A DNA stretch of 63,453 nt, filler included, from Nemertoderma westbladi (Eukaryota; Animalia; Xenacoelomorpha): assembly GCA_032718475.1 (NCBI GenBank). It is 4 parts of 4 records of this genome, joined end to end, with 100 filler letters (N's around TTAATTAATTAA, not from the genome) between each part and the next. Parts side by side here need not be neighbours in the genome. Positions count along the whole stretch, not along the records: positions 16,050 to 44,776 come from JAUCBJ010001443.1; 3 more parts are not named here. One strand, 5' to 3'. The notes beneath the pieces were generated by a model. That model was not told the origin of the DNA, made no database searches, and worked only from the letters and a program-made list of their open reading frames with translations. Made by a program: the position numbers and the translations under genes. This document shows positions 23,471 to 36,484 of the stretch, piece after piece (the first letter of the stretch is position 1; the number at the start of each line of letters is the position of its first letter).

Positions 23471-24265
23471 TACATGAGTTTGATAAAATAATTATGAATC
23501 CGTATCTTATTCTACTCTACTTCCTCTCACTCTCTCTCTCTTTCTCTCTCTCTTTCTCACTCTTATTCTACTTACTACCACTACTAACTACTATTACTAC
23601 TACTACTGACTACTGCAGAGTTAGGTGTATATTACAAGAGGACGGGGTTCGTGATTATTAGTTATTATACAAGTGCCCCTCGGCTATAGAGAGTCCACCC
23701 TCGGTTGCTTACTGGATGTCACTACAGGCCTATATAAGGATTAGATAATTTATTTAATGAGTGTGTAGATTCTGGAATGATATTGTATTCCTAAATAACA
23801 AAAACTCATGTCAAAAAGTTCATATTTAAGGACATTTATTATTTATGTGTACAATTTCGATGTCTTAAATAAGGTAAATTTAAAAAATCCCTCTTATTTA
23901 GGAACTAAAAAACCGGACGGTGAAATGTTTTCTGTTTTTTTTTTATTATGTTCAAGAAAGACCCAACTTTTATATTGTGAAATAAAATTACGAGGTATTT
24001 TTTCCTGAAACAAGTTCTTGCATGTAATGTCGAAAAAATATCCAAAAAAAGCCCAAAAACCCCTAAATAAAATCCATTTTCCTTAAATAAGAACCCACAA
24101 TTGGAGCTTATTTAAGGGTATGTTACCTACTGCCTAGTAGTATATCTACCTCGCATTGTGAAAGTTATAATGTATGTCGTTAAACATTTTTCAAGATAAT
24201 TTGTCAAAATAAAATTGGGTAATAATTTTTCTTTGTCCATTTGCATGTGAGTCAGTAACGGATAC

Positions 24266-24900
24266 TACACGTTCGTGGGGACTTCGCGCAGCACGTAGTC
24301 GGCAAGCCTTGGCATACGGTTCATATAGAGCAAATGGGGCATGTCTAGTTTGGACCCCATATCCCATGCTATAAATGTATTCATTCGATATACAATCATA
24401 TGTTAATCCGCTAGGTGGTGTCAAATTGTTATTCTGAAATTTCGTACTTACCAGTGCAGCACTGTACAGCAGTACCGTACCGGTAGGCCTATGTCATTAC
24501 TTCTGAGTCTCTAGCGGATCCCCAATTAAATGTCTTAACTTTTCAATTTCGTAAAAGATAGACTTCATGATTCTCTACAGGCCACCAAAATTTCAGCTCA
24601 GGAAAATGAGGCCTTCCCGAGAAATTTAACATTTTCTAAAAACCACATAATCTGTCGTAGCTGACGTCAGACTGCATGATTTTTCACCAAACTTTACAAA
24701 CTTTCTAAACTTTCTCTCTACTACTTACCTACTAAGTTTGGTTCAATTCCGAACGAGCGATGCCGAGAAATTCGCGTTCAAACATTTACCAGACAGACGG
24801 ACGGACAGACAGACAGACGGACAGACAGACAGACGGACATGCCCCATTTGCCCTATATGAACCGTATGCAAAGGCTCGCCGACTACGTGTCTCGCCCCAC
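24266..24900. mobile_element. HINE/DINE-1-like non-autonomous element
   Basis: Inverted repeats 24292-24345 / 24836-24889 with a (GACA/GACG)n microsatellite at 24790-24838; a partial second head TACACGTTCGTGGGG lies at 24952. Confidence 0.6.
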
Positions 24901-25594
24901 AGTATTATTTACATAGTATTATACTGTACATAGTTATTACACAGAGTATTATACACGTTCGTGGGGCCATCGCGCAGGACGAGGCTCAGTTATTAGATAC
25001 AGATTAAAATTGAGCAATTCTATTCCAAAATCGGTACTTAAGAAATTTAAATAAATAAATAAGAAATTTAACCAAACCGCCTATAAGAATAAATCAAAGA
25101 AGAAAGGAAAGTTCCCCTTTACAGTACCTTATGTCGATAGTATTGATACTGAAATATTAATTTATCATGTCAATGCTTAACGAAATCGTTTACTGTAGCC
25201 TATTAGTGACATACCGAACTCCATTCGGATTCCCAATCTATAAATACAAGGCACCGGATTGGTTATTTACAGTAAGTTGGAAAAATGAAACACATCTGCA
25301 TTGCAATAATAAGCTTGGATTACAGAAAGCGTCGCCCAGTTTTATCTATCCATTTTATTTGATAAGATGAAACGCCTTTGATGGAAGATTGTAAAGTCTA
25401 AACAGTAAAGTTTAGAGTAAAGTCAATTTTGGTAATTGTAAAATTTTTTTTTAAATCCTATTATCATGCGCCGAATTTAATGGAAATTTCAAATCCGCGT
25501 GTAATGTTGATATAATCCAGATAAAAAAAGCATGTAATATAAATCATAAATTATTATAATCATAAATGATTAGTTATACAAGTACAACATTCTA

Positions 25595-28350
25595 AGGGCC
25601 GACATACAAAGCAGGATATTGGTAGCTAACCCTTGTGATAAATTTGTCGTTTTGGGTGATTTAAATGCCCGTGTAGGCGAAACCCTTTATACGGGTTAGA
25701 TTGTAGTATGTACTGGTACAGTGAACTTCATGACAAAACTGTAAATGGCTATGGAAAGAGGTTGCTACAGTTGTGCAAAGATTGCAATGTAGTCAATATA
25801 AGTTATCTAACTACAGTATTGGGCAAATCCTTCCCAGGTGGTCTTACCTTCAGACGAAAATCTGGCTATATATCAGAGCTGGATAGGGTTCTTGTTAGTT
25901 CATCTTTTGTAAATAATGTGTGTAACTTCTCAGTTCTGAATCAGTACATGTGGCCCTCAGACCATGCACCTTGTAGCGTGGAATTAATTCTTCCTACAGT
26001 ACATCCTACGTACCGATTATACCATATCATCAACTTACTAGGTATCTACAGAAATTACCAACAGCATTCAATGCGTGTAAGGCCAATCCCATTCTCTCTT
26101 CTGCAATCGAATAGACTAAATACGGCTTTTGCTGACACCCTCCCCTTGTTAAACTCGAGTATTGGTGCATTCAATGCACCAATATTGAGGTATTGTTGAG
26201 GACATATCCTACTTAGCTAGCCAGTTTACAAATAACCTCTATAATGCTGTATCCAGTTTGCACAATGATATCTCCCGGGAATCACGAAGGACTGTCTGCT
26301 CTGGTATCCCACGATCTGTACCGCAGTATTTGCACTGGGATTATACCTCCTCAAATGTGGGGATTCCAAGTTATTATGGACCAAGATAGACTGTACGGGC
26401 AATATCTGTAATGATTCCCCAAACGGTGGAACCATGTCTTCAGATGACGAGTTCACCAAGCACTTCGAGATGCTTCTCTGCCCTAAATACATACAGCCGA
26501 TCCAATTATAGACACCTGTGGTTTGCCTGATGTGGACATCCTTGACCAGCTGATAAGTGAACCAGAAGTGACGGAGGTATTGAATAACCTTAAACCAAAT
26601 AAGGCCCCTGGGCCAGACGGGTTACCACCCCTTCTTTTCAAACTACTTACTCCAGGCTGGATTTTAAGCTTGGTTACATTGTTTAATATTATTTTTACAA
26701 ACCTCCTGTATCCCCTTGAGTAGCAGTGTACAAGAAGGGTGCTAAGAACCTATGCTCGAACTACAGGGGTATAAGTGTTCTCAACACAGTGTTTAAGTTG
26801 TACGATAGCATATTATGTAATCGTCTGCGTAAGTGGCAAACCCCCAGTTGTGAGCAGGCCGGTGCCGCACCAGGGCGAGGTTGTGAGGAGCAGATTTTTA
26901 CACTCAGACTCTTGATAGACTACGTGATGTGTAAGAAGAAAACCCTCTACATCGTTTTTGTTGATTTCAAAACAGCATATGACCGTGTCCCTCGTCTTCA
27001 ACTCTTCACTCTACCGAAAGAGCGTGGCTGCAGTGGTCAGAGGCTTCGTGCCCTTATTGCTATATATTCCTGTACTGTTGGGATCATTGGAACAAATTTC
27101 ATTAAGTCCATTATCGGAGTCTTTCAAGGTTCTACTAGTTCCTGCTTTCTTTTCACCATATTCCTTGATCCTTTGATAAGCCTTCTGCAGAGTTTTACTC
27201 CAGACGGTCTTCTGGGTTGGCTCCATGTCCTCCTCCTTATGGATGACAGCGTTATATTATCAACGAGTCGTTTGAAATGTGAGGAGAAAATCCTTTTGGT
27301 CCTTTTGAAGTACTGTAGTGACTATGGAATGGAACTAAATACTACGAAAACAAAGTTTACGGCTTTCGGTCCTGAGGCATTTCTTAATAAAGAACCTTTA
27401 AACCTACAGTGTCTTGGATACTCTACGACTCCAGTGACCATTAAAAACAAAGACAAGTATATTTATCTTGGGTCGCCTTTCACACAGTTAGGTGGTGTCA
27501 GTGCTTCCATTAAAGCACACTCTGCGGAAAAGGCAAAACATGTCTTAAAGTATTATTCCTTCCTCAGCAAACACCGGTTCAGTCCAGTGTGGATGAAACT
27601 GGAAGTTTTGAGAGCCTGCATTACATCAACACTGCTTTACGGTTCGGAGTCGTGGATAGGTGGTGACATTCGACCAATAGAATCTCAGTATACCGAGGCA
27701 TTACTTGCGGTATTAGTTGTGAGGCCTAAAGTGTGTCGTGATCTGTTATTCATAGAGTCAGGTCTGTCGGATCCACAGAGTGCTATCCGGAAGCGCCAGA
27801 GAGACTTCCTTTGCAGGATGTTAGAGGATAAGAGCCTACACAGGCCACTCTTTTTTGTCCTGGATCGCTGAATAGTTGAACGGACTCCAATGGGAGTCGC
27901 GGTTGAGAAGTTGCTATTAAGCCAGGGGGATCCCGTCATAAACTCATTCTGCGCTATGATAATTAATATCCGAAGTTCTACCGCAACCGACTCCACCAAA
28001 CGTAAACTCTACCTTCTGTATAACCCTACACTATCACATCCACCTTACTGCAAACAGGCTTACAACATTCCAGAACAGAGTAGGATTGCTTTATCCCGAT
28101 TTCGACTCGGTAGCACCTCCTTGGCTGTGGAGCTAGGGAGGTGGAAGAGGATTCCAAAGGAGCGCCGTATTTGCAGGTGTGGGCTTATACTGTACAATCG
28201 GAGAAGCATGTGCTTCTGAATTGTGTTTTAGTGTCTAGGCCTCCTTCACTCTCGTTTACATCCGTAGAATCCCTATTGAATGTAACTAGTAAGGAAGAGT
28301 TTGTGACCCTGTCAAACTTCATTTATAGTGTGCTTGAAACTCTCGAATAG
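25595..28350 (+). mobile_element. Decayed LINE ORF2 (APE endonuclease + RT + C-terminal zinc-finger-like), RTE-X/Proto2-like
   Basis: GDLNAR, SELDRVL and PSDHAP (APE); KAPGPDG, NYRGISV, FVDFKTAYDRV, GVFQG, LLMDD and YIYLG (RT); RFRLG...LAVELGRW...RRICRCG...SEKHVLLNC; multiple frameshifts/stops; AT-rich tail. Confidence 0.9.
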
Positions 28351-29636
28351 TACGTAAGCCGTATCTACACATACTGTATGTACAGTATGTATGTAATTGT
28401 TTGGGAATACACTACATCATAATTACACCAATACACTATTGATGTAATTGTATTTATATTATTTTGTATTATTTATATAATTATATTAGTTAATTAATAT
28501 TTAATTATTAATATTATTAATATTAATTTTATTAGTATTTATATATGGTAATTATTTATGTATTTATATATGGTAATTATTCATTGTTTAGTGTATTAGT
28601 ATTATTTAGTATTATTACTACTATTTAATGTATTAATTTAATTTGAACCACCCTAATCTGTATCTAGTAAAGGTTAAAGTTAGAATTATTACTGATTCTA
28701 GTCTGTGCGATTTTGGACAATATATTTTTGTCAATAAATATATATATATCTAGATTTCAAATTTTTTATATTAATACCTATTGAAAAAATTATATCCAAA
28801 ACAAATAACAGTAAAAGCAATATATAATGCATAAACATCGTAAACAATATACGCTTAGTATGCTGTGCTAATTTGTACTGTAGAGCAACATTTAAAACAA
28901 TTAATTTTAATTGTAGGCATTCGCTAATAATAGTTGCGAATAATTTTTGGCCAACAGCTCCCTAGGTTAAAATGTAGGCCTAGCTACTGTAAATTAAATG
29001 TAGCTACAGTAATGACAGTAAAATTAATTATAGTCTGGTCGATAAGACAATGTACCCGGAAAAAAATGTTACCAAGCTATATTTGGTATGGTTCGAATCG
29101 CTAGGATCCCTGCTTTCGAAATCTTTAAAGTCCTCTCTTCAATAGGGTGGGCAACTCTCACAAATCCCGTTTCCATAGCAACCGACATAAGAATAGATAT
29201 AATTACATTTAAAGCAACTGGCCTAGCTCCTACACCCACTATATCGCCAACGGAGAATTCATTGAACATATTTTAAATTCTCAGTTACCATGGCAACTGG
29301 TAGATTCACCATATCAACCATCAATTTGGCCATCTTGAGGCAATGGGACCAACTCCTAATCCCACTATATCGACTATGGAAAATTCATTGACAAAATTTT
29401 CAAGTCTCAGTTACTATGGCAACCGGTAGATTCACCATATCAACCATCGATGTAGCCATCTTGAGGCAAAGGGACCACCCCTACTCCTACCATGGTAACT
29501 CCTATCCCCGCTATTAATATTAATAAATTAAGGAATGATAGTTTATAAAACCAAAAATATAATAATTATTAAATATTATCAATTTATAATAGAAATATTG
29601 AAAATTGTATATTAACTTTTTTTAACTTAATCTTAA

Positions 29637-30348
29637 GGGGGGGGTACACCATTTTGGTCAAAAATATGTCGAAATTTTTTTTATGATCTATTATAATGCA
29701 CCATTGAATGGTGTTTCCAAATCTGAAAACCGCTATTTAATAGCTCTTTTAGTTTTTAAGTTATAACAATTTACATTTAGGGATTCCTATTGAAATTACT
29801 ATTACTATGTATAATGAAAAGTCGATTATCTCCAAATATTTTTTTTATGAAATTGTCAACTTCAAAACCCTACTACTTCTACAATTTTTGAGCAATTAGT
29901 CTGAAACTTTCTATGGGTGTCTACATAGCCACCCTGCATAAAAGTATCAGACAACTTTTCGAAATTATTTGTTAATAAAATTTAATACTATTTATAACAA
30001 ACCTAAAAATTAGGCATAAATTTGCAGCGCCACCTAGCGGTGCAGAATTATTTTCACAAAATTTCGCCTGATAGTTATGTTGCCCCATCTTTGATCTATC
30101 ATATAAAAAAACTTTCATGTGATTAGATTCAAAACTGTAAGAGCCTTAGGGTTTTAAGCGCAACCAAGTTTTTTTTGTTGTTAACTAGTATTAACTAATA
30201 TTAAATAGCGAAAAATAAAAATTTTCTAACCTGTCATGTAGAATAGCATCTTAGGCACTTATATTCCAAATTATAGCCAAAACCAAACAATTTTGAAACG
30301 CTGAGAGTGATAAATCTAAGAGTTGTCCGAAAATGGTGTACCCCCCCC
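29637..30348. mobile_element. Kolobok-like MITE
   Basis: TIR GGGGGGGGTACACCATTTT at both ends, flanked by TTAA on both sides. Confidence 0.8.
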
Positions 30349-31290
30349 TTAAGATCTTCTCTCTTACAAGTAACCTCAGAGTTTTGCCATGGCACATACT
30401 GTTTTCGTTTGGGTTTCTGAGGTATATGCCTCTTCGCTGATTCCTTGTGGGCTGTTATTATATTCTGGTATATTGAATCGGTGGACTGGTCTTCATCCAT
30501 TGACTGAAGTGCTTCAAAGCGGTTTTGAACTTCTACTGTATAAGCATCCTTTACACCATTGTCAGTTCTGAGTTTCTCCCAGTCATATTTGATTTGCTTG
30601 CTTGTCCTGGGTTTGCTGGCTCTCAAACTGAGTCTGATCTCTGCAGTCACAATTCTGTGGACCGAACCAATTAGGTTGAATGAGCTGTATGCCTCGCAGT
30701 TGATCATGCTGATTCTCCACTTTTTGTTTATAAGGATGTTATCCAGTTGTGCTTTGGTTCCATTAGGGTATTGAAAGGTCCATAGCTTCCCCATACTCTT
30801 TTCGAATGTGTTGTTTGTTGGTATCAATTCACATTCTTCTATTAGGTCTAAAAGTAGGTCTAAATTTCTGTTAGAACTGGTGTTATAGGTGTAACCCTTG
30901 ATGTCTTCTGGGCCAATTTGCGCATTCAGGTCACCAGCAATGACTTTAACATTGTGTTTCGGAATGTCCTTTATAAGTCCAGTCAGTTCTTCATAAAACT
31001 TGACTGCTTGTTCAGGTGCTGAGGCATTGGTTGGACTGTAGCAACATATAACTGTTGCCTTGGGATTCCCATCAAATGTTTCGATCATAACCCTGGAATT
31101 TATAGATTCGATGTTGTTTAGGGTCTTAAGTGCAAATGGGCTTAGCAGAATTCCTAATCCACCAATTGATGCATTGGCCGAGTTTCTTACTGCTGAGCTT
31201 GTTACTAACGTCCATCCATTTCCAATGTCATTGTACTTCATGGCAGTGTCTTCATGACAAATCCGATGTTCTTGGATGCAGATGATGTCA
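30349..31290 (-). pseudogene. RTE-type LINE endonuclease fragment
   Basis: IICIQEHR, GGLGILLS, CYSPT, AGDLNA, QLDNILI, SVHRIVTAEIRLSL; truncated at the Kolobok-like TIR. Confidence 0.88.
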
Positions 31291-33074
31291 ATTGCCGATG
31301 TCGATTGTCGATTGCCTATTAGGTTTTGACAAATTTTTACTAGCTACCACAACAGTGTTCCAGAATATAATATTTTGATTATTTAATGTTGCATCGATGT
31401 CGAGGAATAATTTAATCATGAAATATTTGCATTTAAAAAAATTAATATTGAATTTTTTGAAAAATTAGCTAGCTACCATACTAGCTTAAGTGTTCTACCG
31501 GTACCCAAAAGTGACGAAAGAACGAAATTTTTTATTGTGATATGTTGAGATGATGTCTATATGGAATTTACCATACCCCATTATATTTTCAGTGTCTAAC
31601 TAGTGTGCATACAAGCCAGTCGAGTCTTTTGATAGGCATGTCCCTTACAGTATGTTCAATTGATGAGTCAGCCATGCATAACTAGACCCCAGATTTAACT
31701 CATTACTAAGTTTGGAGAGCGTAATAATAAAAATAATAGGTCAAATTCAAGTTTTGCTTGCCTTGGAACCAATATACAGTAACGCCAGCAACCAGGCGTG
31801 AGTGGGATAAACTACTAGCTAACACCGGTAAATTTCAGTCTACATTATGTATACAATTATGTATGTAATTAACAGATAAGAATATGAAATATTACATTGT
31901 CTCTTAGCAACGATGAAATATTCCACGTAAAGATCAAGTAAATTTGAATTGATTTTACATATGGATAAGGGTTCACGAAAATGGCTATAAAAAAAGTTGC
32001 CCAAGGTATGCTGCGGAGGACTTTCGATATTCTTAAAGAGCATAAATTTGCGCTTCTAATTATACCAAATTTGGCTTGGTAACATTTTTTTCCGGGTACA
32101 CCTAAAATTGCTCCTAAATCGACCAGACTATTAGTACAATTAATAGTAAATCATTCCAGAATCTAACATTTAGATATAATGTGTATTTGAATCGATTGAA
32201 AATCTCTCTCCATAAAAACCAAGATAAAAAATGATCAGATCCCTGCGTAATGACGTCAAATATGTATCACAGCCCATAAAATTTAATTAAATAAATTAAT
32301 AAATTTTAAAAATTTGCCTCCCGCGCTTATTTAAACCCGCCATTTCAACCGTTTCCTCGCGTTTTTACAAAAAACACACCGTCACTCGATTGAGGGCACC
32401 TTCTTATCCATTATTCAATTGATTCTAGCCCAACAATTTTTTCGCGTACCAACCGTATTGCGACCTTGCAAATTCATCTAAAATCGCGTGTCGCATTTTT
32501 CCGGGTCGCAATTGTCCGGACACCACTCATAATTTAATGTTGCTCTCTTTTTTTAGCAACACGCGTTTAAAAAAGATGTCTCCGTCAATATTACACCATG
32601 TTCTGCTATATAATGACGTTATTCAGGTACGTGGAACCCCGCCCAAAACATTTTTTTCTACAAATCTTAATGAAATTGCTTGAAAGTTAAAACATAGATA
32701 TTGTAGTTTTACCTCCCGACCACTGACTGGGTGAGCCAGAATTGTTATTTTTGCTTTTAATCTTTAGCTACAAGCGTTTGAAAAAGGTATCTCCAGTGAT
32801 ATTTCACCAGTTACACTGCAGTTATTCTTGAACCTTATCGTGATTTATTGGTATCAATAGAAAGATAAAGATAAGGATAAAGAATATCAAAAGAATTCCA
32901 AAAATGTAAAAATATTTGAATTTGGTTGGGACACAGCTGAAATATGAGCGTTCAAAAGTTGCATCGTTTTGCACCTGTGCGAGGCTGTTTTATTCTATTA
33001 AGGGGCGATAATTATTATCTTTTTTTATTTTAATTTATTTTAGTGTTATTTTTAAGTTTTATTCTATTAAGGGG

Positions 33075-33365
33075 CTAGAGTAAGTTGCGATTTTTTCTTA
33101 CTGGTGAAGAGTACTGTAAGCAGTGATTTTTTCTTATTGGCTAGCAGCTAAAAATCATTACTTACTCTTGACCAATAAGAAAAAAATCGCTACTTACTCT
33201 TGACCAATAAGAAAAAAATCGCTACTTACTATCTTGCTTGACCAATAAGAAGAGTCGCTACTTATTCTAGCCAATAAGGATAAATCACTACTTATCCTTG
33301 ACCAATAAGAACAAATTGCTACTTACTCTAGTCAATAAGAAAAAAATACTACTTACTTTGACACC
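33075..33365. repeat. Degenerate ~32-bp CCAAT-containing tandem/inverted repeats
   Basis: CTACTTACTCTTGACCAATAAGAAAAAAATCG x~7, with inverted copies at 33075-33145. Confidence 0.75.
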
Positions 33366-34273
33366 AAAGTGTAGTTAGTACTGTAGTCATGGATTGGCGC
33401 TAACGGCGTTCCATAGTGGTGTAGGTACCTTAATTACGACAGTATATTTTCCAGGACATGGTGTAATTAATCTTAAAACTTTGAAACTGGTGATATGAAA
33501 TGAACCAATGTGTCGAACTACGCGCCACTACGCGTATAGGTCGTACAGATTTACCATCTGCTTGTATGAGAGTCCAGCTAAACGGTCGAATTATGCTGAG
33601 TAATACCCTCCAATAAATGCAATTCAGCAGTACAGCAGTACTGTAGGCCTAGCAGCCTAGGCCTAGTACAGTAGTACCAGAGTACCGGTCACCCGGTAAA
33701 CCTGTAAACTCTACTGTAGTACAGTAGTACAGTAGTCAGAATAGGGAAATTTAAATAATGGATATGAGTAGGACAGTTAGGGTAGGCTTCTTAAATAGGA
33801 AGTTTTTTGTATTCCTATATCTGTACTGTATCAGGATATAGGAAATCTTGCTTCCTACAGTCCTATATACCGGTAGGAAGTTTTGGCCGTTTTTCGGAAC
33901 ATTTTTCTTCGTTAACTTTTGAAATAAATTTTAGCGGCATATTTGAATTCCTGGTTATTGGAGAATAATCTATACTACGTTTGTTGTGAAAACTAGAAAA
34001 AAAACTATCTGTGCGTTCGCTTTCTATAGCCATTTTAAAAACGTTACTTTTTCCGAGAATTTCTTATATAGGAAATATTTTTTGGACTTCCTATTTAGGA
34101 GTTTAACATATTTCTTATTTAAAAAATTGCTGAATTGTATGTCTTGATTTTTCTTAAATAAGAAAAATATTTCTCCAGCAGATCATTCCAGATATATGGC
34201 AAGTATGGGCTGGGTTACCGGTAGCGGTACCCCTTCCACCTTCCTAGCCTAACTGCCTAAGCTTCTGTGAGGC

Positions 34274-36484
34274 GGGTCCTACGAATTAGGTACCCAAAAA
34301 ACACAATATTACCCAAAAAAAAACACAAAAATACACAAAAAAACACAAAAAATTACACAATATAACACAAAAAAACACAATATTACCCAAAAAAACTAGG
34401 CCTACCCAAAAAGACAAAAGAAATGTTTTTCATAAACAATGTATCTCACTATCTACAATAAGATTCCGTAGAACTGGGTAACTTCGGCCTGTCAAGGTAA
34501 CTTTGGCCTTTTTTGGGAAAGGGCTGTAGCAGTGTAGGCAGGTAGGTTTCCTTTTTTCTAACTAAGAAGTATGAAAACATAATTTTTTTGCACTGATTTG
34601 AAGAAAAGCTTATCCTTGTCTTGTTTTTCGTATATTTATTACTACAACAGAGGAACAGACATATAAAATCTACAAACGGGCCATTTAAATTGTGGTGTTA
34701 TTTTGCTACTTCAAGAACCCTTCCAAACTTCGTCTGTGCACTTGTGCAGTCTGACTAGGATTAACTGAGTAAACAAATTGTGTTCGGGGTTCATGCATCA
34801 TGGGCATATTATCATGAATACTTCGATTCGACGTCAGTTGCTCCAGCTGTTGATTCGGTTGTTATTGATCTTCTTAAAGATCTCAGAGGAGGATCAACGC
34901 CAGATGCACAGGCTTCATTATGCTACACGAAGATGATCAAAGTTAAGAGGACAAAGATAACAGTCGAGGCTGGGAGATCAATCAGTGTGCAGTGATGGCC
35001 AGTCAAGTTCAAGTGAAGACTGAGTCATCTGACAGTCTGATGACGCATACGATTCAATGACCTGTCTCTATTTCTTGTGAGAGCTTCGAGATGCAGCTAC
35101 ATACAAGTAATGCTGTAATGAGGTTAGAAACGATGGAGTAACGATTAGTAGCAATGAAGCCGCGATTATTAATGATGAAGTGACTCTTTGTAGTTTGTGC
35201 AATGATTTAAATCCTCCTAATCATCCCAAGTGATATTTAATCAACTGGGAAGCTTGTGGCACTAATGATTGTGACAAGTGGTACCATGCTATCTGCGTGG
35301 AGAGATCTGTTGGCAAGGGAAAGGAAGCTAGAGATGTTTGTGCTCATGCACATATCAGTAATGAGAACAGAACAACTGACAATGAACTGCATAACGATAG
35401 TCCCTTAATGCAGGACATCGCTTCTATCCAATATGTCTAAGTGAGTGTCACACTGAACTGTTGAAGACGCCAAGACATTGCAATAGACTTCATTCAGTCA
35501 TTTATATACTGTTCTACTTTTCTATGATCCAGCCATTCTGGACTAATAGGTCAGTGTCACGTTTTATTTTCAATCAAAATCGTTTCAATGTAGTATTTCA
35601 ATCTTCATAAATACTTCTTGTCTGTTGTCTGTATATTTGTACTTGTATGCCTATTATTGTATTTCTGTATGTAATGATCTTTGTGCTAATTATATTTGGA
35701 TATGCTGTATGCATCAGTGTCTTATATAGTCTAAATTTTTAGGCTCCGTTTTCTTTTTTTTAAAACATTCAACTAGGCCAATGTTAGCATTATGGAGGGG
35801 TTTCTTTAGCTAAAGACGGAATATTTGCTTACTACAACGACACAATATAGTGATAGCCCAATGTTAGCCTTTCTCAGGGTAACATTGGCCTACTCGAGAA
35901 ATTAAAAAAAAGCAACCTCACAACCTCTGAGATCGGTTGCAAGGTTGCTTTATGTAAAATACACCTCGGACTTATGGTTTTAAAACCATAAAAACATTAT
36001 TTCTTTTGCGTTCGTTTGACAGGCCTTGCATTGAATGTAAAAATTAGGCCAAAGTTACCCTGTTCTACGGGGTTTAGGTTAATTGTAAGAAGAGTTTCAC
36101 TTTTCAGTTTTCAATTTTCACTTTTTTCAAAATATTACATTTTGTTCATTTGAAGATTCCTTTAATGACCTACTGCCACCGGTTTACCGGTAAGCCTACC
36201 CACCCATACTGCCAGACAGCATACAAAATCAGATTTCTTAATTAATGGAAAGGAGCATGTTACAGTAGCAGGCTTTTCTAACCAAAACAATAAACGATAG
36301 CCAAAGAACACAGGTTACAGTCTCATTTTTCCAACCCTATCACTTACAGAGGATATAAATTATTTTTGTCTTTTTGGGTAAGTTTTTTGGGTAATATTGT
36401 GTTTTTTTGTGTTTTATTGTGTTTTTTGGGTAAATTATTGTGTTTTTTTGTATTTTTTTGTGTTTTGGTTAATTCGTAGGACCC
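34274..36484. mobile_element. Outer TIR element with (A)nCAC-rich arms
   Basis: GGGTCCTACGAATTA / TAATTCGTAGGACCC and mirrored ACCCAAAAA/ACACAAAAA arms. Confidence 0.7.
34466..36070 (+). mobile_element. pogo/Tc2-like transposon, internally deleted, retaining a decayed C-terminal PHD finger
   Basis: TIR CCGTAGAAC(T/A)GGGTAACTT(C/T)GGCCT at both ends; ~35185-35350 translates CSLCNDLNPP..INWEACGTNDCDKWYHAICV with a stop. Confidence 0.75.

Larger units (their letters stand above)
29030..32131. mobile_element. TIR DNA transposon hosting nested insertions
   Basis: ATAGTCTGGTCGAT / ATCGACCAGACTAT ends plus a subterminal inverted pair TGTACCCGGAAAAAAATGTTACCAAGC; TSD not resolved. Confidence 0.7.

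Noticed and set aside
30234-30348. C-terminus of the 335-aa ORF
   Set aside because: Read-through into the Kolobok-like MITE, not LINE coding sequence.
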